This document shows positions 62,493 through 64,000 of a stretch of DNA of 64,000 nt, one piece after another. Below the pieces are notes generated by a model. The model ran no database searches. It saw only the letters and a list, made by a program, of their open reading frames with translations, and had not been told where the DNA came from. Source of the stretch: Cirrosporium novae-zelandiae (lineage: Eukaryota). Every line of letters starts with the position of its first letter. Position 1 is the stretch's first letter. The translations under genes and the position numbers were made by a program. The stretch covers positions 248,001 to 312,000 of the forward strand of contig JAPETS010000020.1 in the NCBI GenBank assembly GCA_026023565.1, written 5' to 3'.

Positions 62493-63905
62493 CTATTCCA
62501 GTGCCTTGTACACGGTCGTTTCAATGTCAGCACATAACCGAAGTACTGGCATATCTACATATGGTAAAATCTGAGAGCAGATCATTCCTGCAACTCCCTT
62601 TTCCCTGTCACACCACCACCACAGGTTACATATTCCAGACCACATCGCAGTGCTAGTGGACCGTCCAGTAGCACCACCACCTGTAAGCATGAAAGTTAGA
62701 CCCCAACCTTGTGGTGGGTTTCCAGGGACAGGGTAGATTTCTGGGACAGGGTTTGTAATTGGAGGCTTAGACGCGGGAATTCCCTTCCGTCCAAAGTTGG
62801 GGAAGTCGGGGATTTGGTTGCGGAACATTTCATCCACAGTCGACTTCTTCAAGATCTGTACACCCTTTGTAGGCGAAGTTCCGTCATTGAGCAAGGTTGC
62901 TAGAATTTCTACAGTGCCGTTAGTTATATAATTAACCGGAATCGGTGGATGCTGATAGCTTACGGCAATATTCGCGTGGATTTGCAAAAGCGCCTGCTCC
63001 TCCGCTGTTGAAGCAAGACGCGATATCTTCCTTGCTCTCAACGATCAATGGGCGCCGCAAGAGGTGGTCATGGCGGCTGAGTTTGCCATCAGAGTCGCGA
63101 GCATTCATGTGGGCCAAATTGGCTTTCATCGATTTCGTAGGCAACATGGAAATATTCTCGAGACCGAGGGGCTGCAAAATATATTTTTGCAGATAGTCAT
63201 TCAACGATAAACCAGTAACACGTTCAAGAACGATACCGGCCCAATCGATATTAACCTAGCAAAGGCAGTTTAAGTAAACGAGGTATCTGCAAAGGTGTGC
63301 ATCTGGAAAGTAATTAGGACTTACTCCATATTCCCAATCCTCTCCTGGTTGATGGACCAGTGGTTGCAGCATGTCGTACATATGACCGGAGAATTCATCA
63401 TAGCTAATGGGTTTGCTATAATCTCGCAGGTTGTCGTGGAAAAAAGTATATCCAAATCCAGCTGTTATTTCAATCAGCTTATGGCCCTTCATCATTCATA
63501 TTCTTCTTTCTCACCTGTATGCGTAAGCAGCATCCTCAAGGTAATTGATCTCTTCTTTTCCACCAAAGTCCCATCATCCTGTAGGACTTTAACCGCCTTC
63601 AACTCTGGACACAACTTCTCAACCTGTTCCCCATCGTCCAGTGCCAATTTCCCCTGCTCTACTAGCTGCATGCAAGCAATACCTACTATCATCTTTGTGC
63701 AAGATGCAATCCAGTAAACGCTATCGAGTGTCATGGGCTCAGTAGAGCCATAACCACGCCGTCCTGCTGCATGTGCGAAAAGTTCTTTTCCATCTTTACC
63801 AACAACAACAACGGTCGCACCAGGAATGCCCTTGACGTTGTCCACGCAAGCTTCTTCGGTCCTTTGGCGAAGGCTGGAGACTGTTTCGGCAGAGAATTGA
63901 CCCAT
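62493..63905 (-). CDS. Beta-lactamase-fold serine esterase (family VIII / LovD-like); exons 63905-63515, 63461-63325, 63255-62964, 62908-62493
   Basis: SCTK (SxxK), LLTHTAG, PGEDWEYG|VNIDWAG, SGGAG and WSG. Three in-phase GT-AG introns. Confidence 0.92.
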
Positions 63906-64000
63906 GATGAGAGGAATATCTGTAATCTTTTCAGGAGGATATGTCAACAAATCCCAAAAATTCCTCTTTGGCTTGCGTTTCTTACGAATATATACTGCTG

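Noticed and set aside
56210..63905. Reading the BVMO/TF/LovD-like trio as a polyketide biosynthetic cluster
   Set aside because: No PKS, NRPS or terpene synthase is in the window, and the AlcR/CreA signatures favour catabolism. It is not fully excluded because the window ends at 64 kb.
1..64000. CRISPR arrays, rRNA, intact tRNA or transposase/reverse transcriptase ORFs
   Set aside because: None were seen; the repeats are simple tandem units without spacers.

Overview
Eukaryotic DNA from a filamentous ascomycete (Pezizomycotina). It has short GT-AG introns with CTRAY-type branch points and microsatellite-rich, AT-rich intergenic tracts. I found no rRNA, intact tRNA, CRISPR array or intact transposon. 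About 21 genes or gene relics can be supported. The 1-23 kb part is largely conserved genes: a bromodomain-family protein (partial), a small coiled-coil protein, Rxt3-like, an HSL-type lipase, a CocE/NonD hydrolase, Asp f 4-like, SDHAF4 and ARG8. The 23-55 kb part is accessory-like. It holds a stop-disrupted F-box gene, an orphan repeat protein whose repeats differ only at synonymous sites, a GH2 beta-mannosidase, a second F-box gene, a mucin/PAN protein with a decayed CBM-like tail, a GNAT, a zincin-like protein lacking HExxH, a lysozyme-like protein, a 5-exon DPBB/expansin-like gene absent from the ORF track, and a small Kex2-type repeat precursor. The most interesting part is 55-64 kb: a Baeyer-Villiger monooxygenase, an AlcR-type Zn2Cys6 regulator with an unusually long zinc-cluster loop, and a family VIII esterase. 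AlcR-type (WGCGG) and CreA-type (SYGGRG) sites cluster in the BVMO and regulator promoters, so this is a candidate self-regulated fungal ketone to ester to alcohol+acid catabolic module. All family calls come from motif recognition by eye; no database search was run.
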